Below are positions 39,143-53,507 of a DNA stretch of 64,000 nt, piece after piece. The notes beneath the pieces are model-generated. The model ran no database searches and was not told the DNA's origin. It saw only the letters and a list, made by a program, of their open reading frames with translations. The DNA is from Lingula anatina (lineage: Eukaryota; Animalia; Brachiopoda): positions 1,984,001 through 2,048,000 of the forward strand of contig CM120647.1 in the NCBI GenBank assembly GCA_051362555.1. The letters run 5' to 3'. The position numbers were made by a program, and so were the translations under genes. Within the stretch, counting starts at the first letter, position 1; each line of letters starts with the position of its first letter.

Positions 39143-39750
39143 CAATACATTGCTCAGTTTAAGTCCCTGGTTTAACCATCAGAAACAGCAACATCACTGG
39201 TTAAAGAGTACACTTTTTATTGAACTATCAAAAAAGTGTTTATTAGCCACATGATAACATATACAATACTTGTAAATTATTTGCCAGTTGGTAAAGATAC
39301 TAACTATGAAGTTTTACAAAAGGTATAAAAACATTACATTAACCACAGCTAATTTGCTGAGTTCATATGACAGAACATCACAAAGAGCTATTTGTATATT
39401 TCCCCTCTCTAAAACTAATATCAAACAAAGGATAAAATCTAGTAAATAAATCATGGATCACATTAAATAAATCACGGATCACATTGCATAGAGGGAGCCA
39501 CTAAGCACCCCAAGAGATGACCACATAAAATATTCATGTTTGCACTGCTCAAGGAGGGTCCGGCGTACCCTCTTGCATTGCTGAAGGGAGAACCCTTCTC
39601 AAAGACTTTCAACTTTCATTTCTATCTTCCATCCTTATTACTTCTTATTTCCTTCATGAATTCTTATCTTGAATCTTTTCAGAATTTTTCTTATCCTTTA
39701 TCACATTTCTCGTTCATATTTTAGAATTTTTGTCCATGATTAATGTTTCA

Positions 39751-39794
39751 TTATTTAACCTTCTTTGCCTGTAGAGTCTTCCCTTGTGTTGGTC
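39751..39794 (-). CDS. AIG1: AIG1-like exon 6 (terminal): (G)[13 protein letters not shown]
   Basis: Acceptor ttttctttcag, phase 1, TAA at 39751-39753; C-terminal KKVK fits a KKxx ER-retrieval signal. Confidence 0.8.
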
Positions 39795-42700
39795 CTGAAA
39801 GAAAAACATTGTTTCCTATCAGTGATATTATCACAACATAGCAAAGTTAAATCTGACACACTATGGAGCTTAGAACCTCAGTGGTGGTGTACTGACAAGA
39901 TTTTTCCAACAAACTTTGTTAACACATCCGTATAAGTCTATCTTTATATAAAAAGTTGCAGAATGTTGGATGTTGTTTATGTATGATATTGAAGGAATTT
40001 TTTATAAGAAATTCTGCTGTAAATGGTTAAATGGTGATATCATTTGAATTCCAGTTAACATTTACGACTCTGAAACATCTGATAACAATTCAAATACTAA
40101 CTACATGTCTTTCCTACTCTCTCTCTCTCTATCTCAATTATTCTCTCTCACTTTACCTCATCCATTATCTCTCTCTCTCTTTCTATTACACATTCTCAGC
40201 TCTTTTCCCCCAAATTCTCAAACCACCACCATCTTGCATGTCACAATGCCACTGTCACACCTAGCACACTCACCCAGCACAATGTCACTGTCACACCTAA
40301 CACACTCACCCCAGCACATCTGTGTGACTTCATGACCACACAAGTAGAGGATCATCACCAGCACCCAGCACAGCACCATGAAGATGATCCTCATGGGCCA
40401 GCTGAGCACCCTGAGGATGGGGTACACCCAGATATCCGCCTTGAATGCAATCCACAATATCCTGGAACAATGAGAGTGACTTAACTGTTAAGTAGTCAAG
40501 GGGCACATTCCCAATTAAACTGTCAGTCTACGAAGATCGATCCAACTTCACAGGGACTATCGCTGAATGCAATCAGGTTAATAGATTAACACACCTCCTC
40601 TTGTTTCCAATGTTCTCATGTAATCACCACCTTTTTCTGTATTCTACTATATTGACAGTCATCCCATATTTAATACTATACAGAGCCACATATTAAACAC
40701 ATGCAACACTATTTAAAATGTGACATTTCCAACCAAATAGTTTTAAAAAGAGTACAGAAATCTTACCAAAACTGGTACAACGAAGAGAAAAACACGATTC
40801 CAGGAATCCCTACTTTCTTGCTGGGATATTCATGGTAGACCACATATGCCTCTATCAGCAGGAATGGTAGTACAGTGGTATGCTGAAGATAAATAGACAC
40901 AATTCCTGTAAAATACCTCTATCCTTTCAATGGGGAAAATTAATTTAGCAGATACTGTATTTTTCTAATTTGTAAATTCTTCAAATTAAAACATTTGCAT
41001 TGAGTGGCAGCAAGAAAACTGACAAGCAGGCTTCCTTTTAGTTCTATTCTAATGAAGTGAAAACATCAGAAATACTTTACAGAAATAAAATTTTACTGAT
41101 TCCAGAACTATGTGTCTGAAAGAAAAACAACTTTTAACCAAAGCACTGTAAAAAAGGCATTACTAAAGTAAAAGTACATGTATAACCATTCTGTTAATAT
41201 GATTCAATAACAAATGAACAGTATACATAACAAATGTTCAGTAAGAGAGTGCTCAATGTGAAGCCAATGCAGCTGTCTCTGTCAATCTCAAAGACTCACA
41301 AGTATCAGTCTCAAAGACTCACAAGTATCAGTCTCAAGGACTCACAAGTGTCAGTCTCAAGGACTCACAAGTGTCAGTCTCAAGGACTCACAAGTGTCAG
41401 TCTCAGGGACTCACAAGTGTCAGCCTCAGGGACTCACAAGTGTCAGCCTCAAGGACTCACAAGTGTCAGTCTCAAGGACTCACAAGTGTCAGTCTCAAGG
41501 ACTCACAAGTGTCAGTCTGAAAGACACACAAGTATCAGTCTCAAGGACTCACAAGTATCAGTCTCAAGGACTCACAAGTATCAGTCTCAAGGACTCACAA
41601 GTGTCAGTCTCAAGGACTCACAAGTGTCAGTCTGAAAGACACACAAGTGATAAGAGGGATGTGTGGAATACTCATATCCATGTTATTACAAGAAGGTACT
41701 AGTACACTTCATATTTCATGTGGATAAACACTAGTATGAGGAGAAAGATTGCATTCACTTCTCTCACTCCCCCCACCCGTCCCGCCAACTACAAGCTGTA
41801 AGGTGGTAATTAACTTTCGTGTCCGCCCGGCTGACAGCTGTTTAGTGTGAACCCCCAGGGAGTTAGGTCGATCTAGTTGGATCGTTCTAATCTCTGGGAA
41901 TGGGGTCTAGGTAGTTTTTTCCTTGGGAATGTGGGTGGGGGTGGGAGATAATTTAGAGTTTCTTTAATCTATTACACATATAGCTCTCACCATAAGCAGA
42001 ATGTCACCGTCCTTACCATAACATGGTTCAACCAAGGAGGATACAAACCCTTCATTTCATCAGGTGTAACCAAACGCTCGTCCCAAAATGTCAGCCCCCA
42101 GAACAGAAGTACAACACACTGGAAGGAAGGGATAGGAAGGAGAATTAAATGATTTTACCCACCATGACATGGTTTAACCAGGATGGAATGATTTTGTCCA
42201 GCTCTGCGGGATACACCAGCTCCCTGTCCACCGCGTATAGAGACCAGAAGGAGGCTACAACAAACTGACGGAAAAAAGGCAAAATATTAACTGAGAAATA
42301 TTAATATTGACTGAGGTGGAACATTATGTTCAAATATCTAATATTCTAGTTAAGTAAAATAAATAAATAAATAACATAGGACCCGCTCTTTATGAAAATA
42401 TCATGTTACATAGATCAATCCAACTCCACAGGGACTCTGGCTGAATGCAATCAGATGAACATGCTTCCACTTATTTCCAATGTACTTATATAATCATCAG
42501 CTTTTCTGTATTCTATTCAATGCCTAGAGGTGTGTCAATCTGTTCACCTGATTGCATTCATTGAGAATCTCAGCCAGTTGGATGGATCTACATAGAACAA
42601 TAGTTCTATAGGGAATGCACCCTTATACTAGTAGAGTGGTACAAGTTGTAATGATACATGCAGAGCTAACAGTTACTCAAACACTAAAGTTGCTCTGACT

Positions 42701-43468
42701 CTACAAATATTAACTCATATCTCTGGAGAAATATTAAATATCTCTGAAGAAATATTAAAATTGGTTGATTAATTTATTCCAAATAAACATTTTTCCTTTG
42801 GCATTATTTTTGTCTTCATTATCTCTTCATAAATAATAACTTTATTGTTATTACTTTATCTTTTTTTTTTCAGGTTTTTTTTTTTTTTCAACATACTATA
42901 TATGTGCATTGATTAATCAACCATTTGTACCAAGAACCTCTATACAAAAGACAAACTGTTGTGTAATACTTACTGCGCCTATAGGAAATGCCAGTATACT
43001 GTACATTCTATCTCTAAACTTCTGTAGGGCGGAGTGTTTATCTTTCCCGTCTTCAGGCCCTGCATTGCTGCCACACAGGTCATTTAATAGGGCGATCCCA
43101 AAGTAGAACGTGTTGATTAACTGGAAATATACAATGATAAATAATAACATGCTAGTGCAATGATTGCTTTATTTCACATGGACCAATTTCTCTTCAAAAT
43201 CCCCATCACCTTCAATTGTAGACAAGTTTTATATAAGTATAGCTGTCACAACAAAGCTATTCATGTACCTTCACTTTAAAAACCCTATCATGGTAGTTAA
43301 TTTCTAATCTAAGTCACGAGTGAGAACATGCTCTGCATTCTTAAGAAACATTAAACTTGATGTATTAATTGTAAGCCTACAATTAATGTCTTGCATGATA
43401 ATTATGTAAACATACTGGTCTCTCGTAGTACAACAATCTAGTACTAGTATACTGTTTTATTTCCATTG

Positions 43469-43501
<33 letters not shown>

Positions 43502-46500
43502 AGCACGCACACACACACACTGACACACACACATATATACAGTATCAGTATAAAAGTATTATGTTTCTTGTGGTCTATAAGTATTTTAAATATTGTCATA
43601 TACACAGTACAACAATCATGTACACTGTGTTCTATATGTATTATCATAAACACAGTGCAACAATCGCATACACTGTGCTGTCCTAGACACCTGACGATGC
43701 AATAGGAGATAGTAGTAGTGGTGTTCTTTATGTATTGTTATATACACAGCTAGTACAACAGTTGTATACACTGTGTTCTATATGTATTGTTAGTACAACA
43801 ATCAGAAGTACACTGTGATGCCCTGGACGCCTGACAGTGAAATAGGAGATAGTAGCAATAGTGTTCTTTATGTATTGTCATATACACCATACAACAATAC
43901 CTGTAAACACTATACTCTATAGCTATTTGTATTATCATACACATAGTTACACAAACATACTTACAAAACACCAGAATGTCAGGTATTTAAACTTCCCACC
44001 GTATCCCATATATTCAAACAAGCTATCTCCTCTCTTGTCTTTTACATAGCGAATGTTATATTGCAACGAAAAGGCGTACATCATAAACAGACTGGCGTGG
44101 TAGACTGTTGACTTTAAGGATGCCATGCTTGTGTTTCCAGACTACAGCTGAACTCCGACCTTTAAACTGCAAACACTGACCTAGAAATGGTTGACCTAGT
44201 TCTGGGACACCTAACAATAGTTCCTCAATCAAGAGATTAAAATACTGACTAGACTGTGTGCAGTGACTGATATCGATCCCGCTCAATTTCTATGCTGTTT
44301 GAGGAGACAAGATTGACAGTGTTTATCCTCACTGTACGGTCTTGCTTTTGCAGCCTTCTTTCCCAGATCAAGCTAGTTGTAAGGAAAGGGCTTGGGGGGG
44401 GGGGGGGGGCAGGGGGGGGGGGGGAGGAGGGCAGGGGAGGAGGGGGGCAAAGACCAACTGCCAACCAACCAGGGTCAACTTATCAGGGATCACATGCAGT
44501 TAGGTTATCATTACAGTCTCCACTAGTAGATGTATTTTACTCCTCCTTGTGTATACAATTAACTTGACGATGTCTGAAACATGGGTTACATATAAATCAG
44601 GGTGATTTACTAGCATAATAATTATAATGATGACCAAATTAACCCCTTGGCTAATACAAATAAAGGTTATAATGGGGGCTTGAATAAACTGTTACTACAT
44701 AATATATATGCAATTGAAAGTTGTGCACCTGATGTCATGTCTTGATCTTATAAATATAAGCACAAATAATAATAAACAAACCAAAAACGAACAAACAAAT
44801 AAATAAACAATTATATGAATAATCATGAATCTCTATTAAACTACCTCATTCCAGAATGTCAAAAACTTCCAGGGCCCTCCATACGTCTGGTGCACCCCAA
44901 AGTTTCGTTTTGCGGGTTGAATAAATGTGATATCTTTATACAACGTAAACATCCACACTGCAAACACTAGGGCGTGGTAAAGCACGGGGAAATAACGCCT
45001 CTGCGGGCTTTGTTCAAACTGCATCACTGGTAAAATATACTATACACAGTCTGGATATCTTTGTCATTCAGACCTCAATGGCCGACCTGTGTTGCCTAGC
45101 GCAGCAAAAGATAAGTACACGCCCGGCGTTTCAAGAATTACTTCCTTCTTCCACAGGGCTCTCTTTCCTGCTTTCAAACGTGTCTATACTTGGTGTTAAC
45201 CACCCTCTGCTGTTCTGTGGTATAATTCATAATCACTGTGGGTTATTAAGTAACATAAAACTGTTCACCGAGTTCCCTGAAAAGTGCTGACAGATCTCTG
45301 AATTTATATATATCTGTTCTAAGGCAAGCTTTGCTGCTCTGGAATGCAATATATGACGCTAAGTTACTAAATACGTTAGTTCTGGGTAAACCATCAATCT
45401 TCCAAGGCTGGAAATCAGTCAGCGAGATAAGCCAATAATAGTGTCTGCCATTCAGCAGCCAATCTGAGCCACGATGATAAAACTTTAAAATCTCCAATTA
45501 TTGCAGCTGAGGTACTAGACCAACCTCTGGAGCAAGCCGCTCACGATCAGCTATAATGTACTTGTTTGAGAGCTATCTCCCCAGTGATTGGTCTATTGAC
45601 AGAATTTAAACTCTGGTTAAGGTCAATCTTTATAGAGGGGGTCATAGGTTCCCCTTTGTTGACGGGAGAGGGGGTTATTGTCAACATCATACTCAGGACA
45701 ACATTTATACTCTAAGGCAGTATACAATTACACCCCATTTCCATAGATTAGATCGACCTACTTTAGATCGACCTAACTCCCTGGGGGTTCACGCTAAATA
45801 GCTGTCAGCCGGGCGGACACGAAAGTTAATTACCCCCTTAAAGCTTGTAGTAGGCGGGACGGACATTTAAGTCGGATTATCTGAAAGTAATCTATGGGAA
45901 TAGAGCCTTACACACACAAGCAGGAGAGTGCAATCAATAGTATACCCTTTACACATTTTTCATTCAATCAGCAATTTTCAATTTTGCATTTGGTCACAAT
46001 TAACCTGTACCAGCCCCTAAACTTATTGTTATAGTGTTCGATAACTGTCTAAATATTTGTTTGGCCGTGTTCAAACTTTGGGTTTCTGAGATAATCATTG
46101 CGAGTAGGAATAATCAATAGCTGTGCTACACATTGCTACATTCATCTTCATAAAAAAAAGATGGTCCAAAAATAAAAATTATTCACAAAATTGGGTGTTA
46201 TATATCTAGGCATTTCAACATAAATATTTTATTTTTCTCTACAGGTTATTTCAAGCGATTAGAGTATTTTTGCACAAATTCCACCAGCATAATATATCAT
46301 TATTATTAAACTTATTTTGCTCAGTGATATTTCAGAAAATACAAAAGTTTATGCAACAGTTTTATGGATTTTTTTTTCTTTTTTTCTAATATAAAGTTAC
46401 AGAATAATCTTCATCACAAGGAGGTTCAAGAAATTTAAGTTTTTAGCTTGTAATTTTTCCTCCCCCTCCCCGACAGGATGTGATCAGGTTGAATAACTCT

Positions 46501-49500
46501 GAAAGTTTTCTTCATTTCTTGTTTTGGCTCATCTGGCTCACCAGTTTCACTTTCACTTCTACTGAGCAAGGTTACAGTCATGCTAGCTAGTAGCCTATAA
46601 TTCAAATTTACAACAGTTTGATAGCCTTGCTATGACTATCCTTATATCTGGGGGTTGAAGTAATGATAACGGGTACAAGTGAAGGAGAAAATACCTGCGG
46701 ATACAATTTGTTAGTGATAATAACTGGCTGCATAAAATAATAGGCTAAAAAACAATCTGAGTAATAAGTTAACACCTGGGATATTTCTGGGGAAAAGAAA
46801 AGTAGATGGGCAATAATGCAAGCTGACATCAGGTGCATACAAAATATCATTGACATAAAAAAATAAACAAGGCAGCAAAGCTGTCAAATGTACAGACAAA
46901 AAACAGAAATTAAAGATGCAAAATAGGTCATTTTGTCAATTTTGATGCAATAATAAATAATGCTTATAATAGCACTGTCAGTCAACACTGAATTCTAATC
47001 ATGCACAACAGGTACCATGGTCAATAACAGGAGCGAACCCAGAGATATTTTCTGATAGTATTCCAAAGTATCTATGTTGATCCATCCCCCATTTTTATGG
47101 TCTTCCAACAGAAAAAAAAATAGATACCAGTCAATATAAACTTAATAACCTGACCGTCTTCCGGAAGACCCAGAAGATGGTCTCAATCCACCCCTTCAAT
47201 AAGATTACAGTTTCAGGACCATGAGAGTTCAAATTCACATGATGAAAGTCTCAATTTTTGAAAAATGATGACAGTGCATAAAATAATATTACATAATGTT
47301 TAAAGACATAAAAAACAATACAACTGCTTATGTGGAAATACAGACAAGACAGCACGGTTCTGAAATGTTTTTTTTCCCATTTTTAACAATTTTTTAACAT
47401 AAAACAAAATTAACAGTTTACTGCCATTTTTATATGATCAACTAAGAAAATTGATGAGATGGGAAAAATATCAATAGAACAGTGTTAAATGTCCAATTTC
47501 CTCCATTCTGAGATTCTGAACATAGTGAATGATTAAATCTGACAAACTGCAATGATATGAGTTTATTTCCATTTTTGACACATTTTTACACAATACATGA
47601 TAATAAGTTTACCATCATTTTTACTAAATCAACTAACAATTGTTGTAAAGATGCAGGAAATGTCAAACAAACGCTTTTACGTATCTTATTAGTTTAATAA
47701 TGAGACTGTTAACATGCCTAAGAAATGAATCCGAGGAAATGTGAAAAACCAGAATACCTTCTAAAATATTGGCACGATTATGCTGGTTTACGAACTCAAC
47801 ATGCATTTTAGCAAAACTGACCACTCCTATGACTTTCATGACAATTGGCCCATCTGTTTTTCTTATATTGTGTTTACAGTGTTGCATATATGCTGAAAAG
47901 TGTAAAAAACAGCATAACTACTAAAATAACAAGTTTACCATCATTTTTACATAATCAACTAACAATGTTGTAAAGATGCAGGAAATGTCAAACAAACACT
48001 TTTACGAATCTTATTAGTTAAATAATGAGACTGTTAACATGCCTAAGAATTGAATCTGAGGAAATGTGAAAAAACAGCACAACTTATAAAATAATGGCCC
48101 GATTATGCTGATTTTCAAACTTGACCTGCGTTTTAGTAAGATTGATTACTCCTGTGAGTTTCATGACAACAGGTCTATCGGTTTTCCTTGAAATGTGTTA
48201 AAGGGATAATAACTCTTCGTATGAGATCTATATTTCACAATAAAAACATTGTGAATAACTCATAGAAATATTATATATTCTGTTTTACCACAAAACAGCA
48301 GTTATAGCTATTATTCTGATATCTGAGCTTGCCTTTAGACCACGTGACCTCCAATGACGGCTATACTCTGTTAAAATCTCTTAAGAGATTTTAACAAAAA
48401 ACCAAACTTTTTAGAAAAAAACCAGGGACTAACTTTGAATGTAAAAATGAATTCATTAACCATTGGTAAGTATGGGAAAATTGTTGTTTACTCCAGGAAA
48501 ATTCATTTTTTGGCCGAAACGAAGAGTTATTATCCTTTTAACAGTGTTGCACATATGCTGAAAAGTGAAAACAAGGCAGCAAAGCTGTCAAATGTACAGA
48601 CAAAAAGCAGGAAATAACAATGCATAAAATATGCTACTGCCAATGCTGATGCAAAAGTACATTATGGTTAACTGCAAATTTAACATCAAATTTTAATTAA
48701 GCTCAACAGGTATTACCGATGTAAGTAAAATGTAAGAATCATAAGGCTTCAGGCTCATGAGAGACAAGTAGATACTTTGAAAATGCCGGAATGAGAAAAA
48801 TGAAAATTTAAGAAATTGCATTAATGCATAATAAATGATTAATCAAAGCAAAAAAGTATACAAGGCAGCAAAGCTGTCAAATGTACAGACAAAAAACAGG
48901 AAATAACTATGCACAAAATAGGCTACTGTCAATTCTGATGCAAAAGTACATTATGTTAAACTGCAAATTCAACATCAAATTTTAATTATGCTCAACAGGT
49001 AATACCAATGTAAGTAAAATGTGTAACAAGTTCACACTTTGTATATGTATAACTTCCAGAAAAAGAAGCCAATTAGACTGCTTTTCCAACTCAGGCTGCA
49101 TTTAAGTCCTGTATTTCTTTTATTGAAAGTAAGGCAATCATAAGTAACATGATTTTCCCATAATGGTCCTCATGGCAGCAGTGCCCAAAATACTTTTTTT
49201 CAAATTTTGATGCAATATTACATAATGTTTAACAGCATAATGACCATCAATTTTAATAATAAAATATTAGTATTATGGATATTCAGAAAATGTGACTAGC
49301 AAAGGTCTTCAGGCCCATGGAACTTCAAGTCACAACTTGAAAATGCCAAAATGTAAACAAGACAGCACTGTTCTGAAATGTTTTTTTTTTTATTTTTTAT
49401 AATTTTTAACATAACACAAAATTAACAGTTTACTGCCGTTTTTATATGATCAACTAAGAAAATTGATGAGATGGGGAAAATATCAATAGAGCAGTGTTAA

Positions 49501-52500
49501 ATGTCCAATTTCTTCCATTCTGAGATTCTGAACATAGTGAATGATTGAATCTGACAAACTGCAATGATATGAGTTTATTTCCATTTTTGAAACTTTATTA
49601 CACAATACATGATAACAAGTTTACCATCATTTTTACATAATCAACTAATAATGTTGTAAAGATGCAGGAAATGCCAAACAAACACTTTTACGTATCTTAT
49701 TAATTAAATAATGAAACTGTTAACATGCCTAAGAATTGAATCTGAGGAAATGTGAAAAAACGGCATTTTTTTAAAATAATGGCCCGATTATGCTGTTTTT
49801 TTTAACTCAACCTGCGTTTTAGCAGGAATGACCACTCCTGTGAGTTTAATGACAATTGGCCTGTTTTTCTTATATTGTGTTTACAGTTTTGCATATACGC
49901 TGAAAAATGAAAAAACAGCATAACTACTAAAATAGTGGCCCGATCATGCTGATTTTCGAACTTGATCTGCATTTTATGAATATTCATCAGCTCTGTAAAT
50001 ATACAGTCAAAAAGTAAAATTGCCTTCCACTTATCGTGTTTACAATGAAAGTGCACGGCACCAGCGACAGTGACGACGGCGACGACAGACGCAGGTGATG
50101 GCAATATGTACAGACACATCTGTACATATTTACTGTACTGTTTGAGAACAGTAAGTGACATGGTTTTTCTTAAATGCTCATCATGGGAGCAGTGCCCAAA
50201 ATAGATTTTTTTCAAATTTTGATGCAATATTACATAATGTTTAACAGCATAATGACCATCAATTTCTAATAATAAAATATTAGTATCATGGATATTCAGA
50301 AAATGTGACTAGCAAAGGTCTTCAGGCCCATGGAACTTCAAAGTCACAACTTGAAAATGCCAAAATGTAAACAAGACAGCACTGTTCTGAAATGTTTTTT
50401 TTTTTTTCCATTTTTAACAATTTTTTAAACATAAAACAAAATTAACAGGTTACTGCCATTTTTATACGATCAACTAAGAAAATTGATGAGATGGGAAAAA
50501 TATCAATACAACAGTGTTAAATGTCCAATTTCCTCCATTCTGAGATTCTGAACATAGTGAATGATTAAATCTGACAAACTGCAATGATATGAGTTTGTTT
50601 CCATTTTTGAAACTTTATTACACAATACAAGATAACAAGTTTACCATCATTTTTACATAATCAACTAATAATGTTGTAAAGATGCAGGAAATGTCAACCA
50701 AACACTTTTACATGTCTTATTAGTTAAATAATAAGACTGTTAACATGCCTAAGAATTGAATCTGAGGAAATGTGAAACAAGACAGCACTGTTCTGACATG
50801 GGTTTATTTCCATTTTTAACACTTTTTTAAACATAAAACAAAATAAACAGTTTACTGCCATTTTTATAGCATCAACTAAGATAATTGATGAGATGGGAAA
50901 ATATCAATAGAATAGTGTTAAATGTCCAATTTCCTCCATTCTGATATTCTGAACATAGTGAATGATTGAATCTGACAAACTGCAATGATATGAGTTTATT
51001 TCCATTTTTGACACTTTATTACACAATACACGATAACAAGTTTACCATCATTTTTACATAATCTACTAACAATGTTGTAAAGATGCAGGAAATGTCAAAC
51101 AAACACTTTAATGTATCTTATTAGTAAAATAATAAGACTGTTAACATGCCTAAGAATTGAATCTGAGGAAATGTGAAAAAACAGCATAACTTCTAAAATA
51201 ATGGCCCGATTATGCTGATTTTCGAACTCAACCTGCGTTTTAGTAAGATTGACCACTCCTGTGAGTTTAATGACAATTGGCCCATCTGTTTTTCTTAAAT
51301 TGTGTTTACAGTGTTGCACATATGCTGAAAAAAGGAAAAAACAGCATAACTACTAAAATAGTGGCCCGATCATGCCCATTTTCGGACTTGACCTGCGTTT
51401 TAAAAAGATTGATTACTTCTCTGAGTTTCATGACAACAGGCCTAACGGTTTTCCTTAAAATGTGTTTACAGGGTTGCATATATGCTGAAAAGTGAAAAAA
51501 CAGCATAACTTCTACAATAATGGCCCGATCATGCTGATTTTCGAACTTGACCTGCGTTTTATGAATATTCATCAGCTCTGTAAATATAAAACCAAAAAAT
51601 AAAACTGTGTTCCACTTATCGTGTTTACAGTGAAAGTGCACGGCGACGGCATCGCCATCGGCATCGGCATCGGCATCGGCATCGGCGACGACGGCGACGA
51701 CAGACGCAGGTGATGGCAATATGTACAGACACATCTGTGTCTGTACATAAAAACAGCATAACTACTAAAATAGTGGCCCGATCATGCCGATTTTCGAACT
51801 TGACCTGCGTTTTAGTAAGTTTGATTACCCCTATGAGTTTCATGACAACAGGCCTACCGGTTTTTATTGAAATGTGTTAACGATGTTGCATATATGCTGA
51901 AAAGTGAAAAAATAGCATAACTTCTACAATAATGGCCCGATCATGCTTATTTTCGAACTTAACCTGCATTTTATGGATACTCATCAGCTCTGTAAATATA
52001 AAGCCAAAAAGTAAAACTGTCTTCCACTTACGGTGTTAACGCTGAAAGTGCACAGCGACGGTGACGGCAACATGATCGACTAATTACAAAATAAACTAAT
52101 TATGTTGTAAAGATGCAGGAAATGTCAACCAAACACTTTTACTTGTCTTATTAGTTAAATAATGAGACTGTTAACATGCCTAAGAATTGAATCTGAGGAA
52201 ATGTGAAACAGGACAGCACTGTTCTGACATGGGTTTATTTCCATTTTTAACAAATTTTTAACATATAACAAAATTAACAATTTACTGCCATTTATATATG
52301 ATCAACTAAGAAAATTGATGAGATGGGAAAAATATTAATAGAATAGTGTTAAATGTCCAATTTCTTCCATTCTGAGTTTCTAAACATACTGAATAATTGA
52401 ATCTGACAAACTGCAATGATATGAGTTTATTTCCATTTTTGACACTTTATTACACAATACACCATAACAAGTTTACCATCATTTTTACGAAATCAACTAA

Positions 52501-53467
52501 CAATGTTGTAAAGATGCAGAAAATGTCAACAAACACTTTTACATTTCTTATTAATTAAATAATGAAACTGTTACCATGCCTAAGAACTGAATCTAAGGAA
52601 ATGTGAAAAAACAGCATAACTTCTAAAACAAGGCAGCAAAGCTGTCAAATGTACAGACAAAAAACAGAAAATAAAGATGCAAAAAAGGTCATTTTGTCAA
52701 TTTTGATGCAATAATAAATAATGCTTATAATAGCACTGTCAGTCAACACTGAATTTTAATCTTGTACAACGGGTAACATGGTCAATAACAGGAGCAGACC
52801 CAGAGATATTTTCTGACAGTATTCCAAAGTATCTATGTTGATCCATCCTCCATTTTGATGGTCTTCCAACAGAAAGAAATAGATACCAGTCAATATAAAC
52901 TTAATAACCTGACTGTCTTCCGGAAGACCCAGAAGATGGTCTCAATCCACCCCTTCAATAAGATTACAGTTTCAGGACCATGAGAGTTCAAATTCACATT
53001 ATGAAAGTCTCAATATTTGAAAAATGATGACAGTGCATAAAATAATATTACATAATGTTTATAGACATAAAAAACAATACAACTGCTTATGTAGAAATAC
53101 AGAAAATGTGCAGAGCCCCAGGCAGATGAGAGTTAAAAGTCACAAATGCAAGTGTTTGAGAAAAAATTATAAAGGAAAACAACAAAACTAGAAAAGCACT
53201 TTGAGAGTGCAGACCTCTGCCAAGGCAGCAATTGTTGATTATTATTGATAATTGATTGATTATTGATCCAGACCACCACCAAAAATTAATCATTGTCCTC
53301 TTTGGCCCACTTCCGACAGTTCCTGAAAATTTCTGCAAAATTGGTCCATAACTTTTTGTGTTATGTGGATGACAGACAAACAGGGGTGAAAATATAACCC
53401 CCTTGGCAGAGCTTGAGGTAAATATAATTCCAATGAAGATGCTATTCAAACTTTTAATCTTCCAGTT

Positions 53468-53507
<40 letters not shown>

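Noticed and set aside
41287-41649. 23-bp (and 28-bp at 63458-63685) repeats as CRISPR-like arrays or repeat proteins
   Set aside because: Head-to-tail units with no unique spacers, intronic, eukaryotic context, no cas genes.
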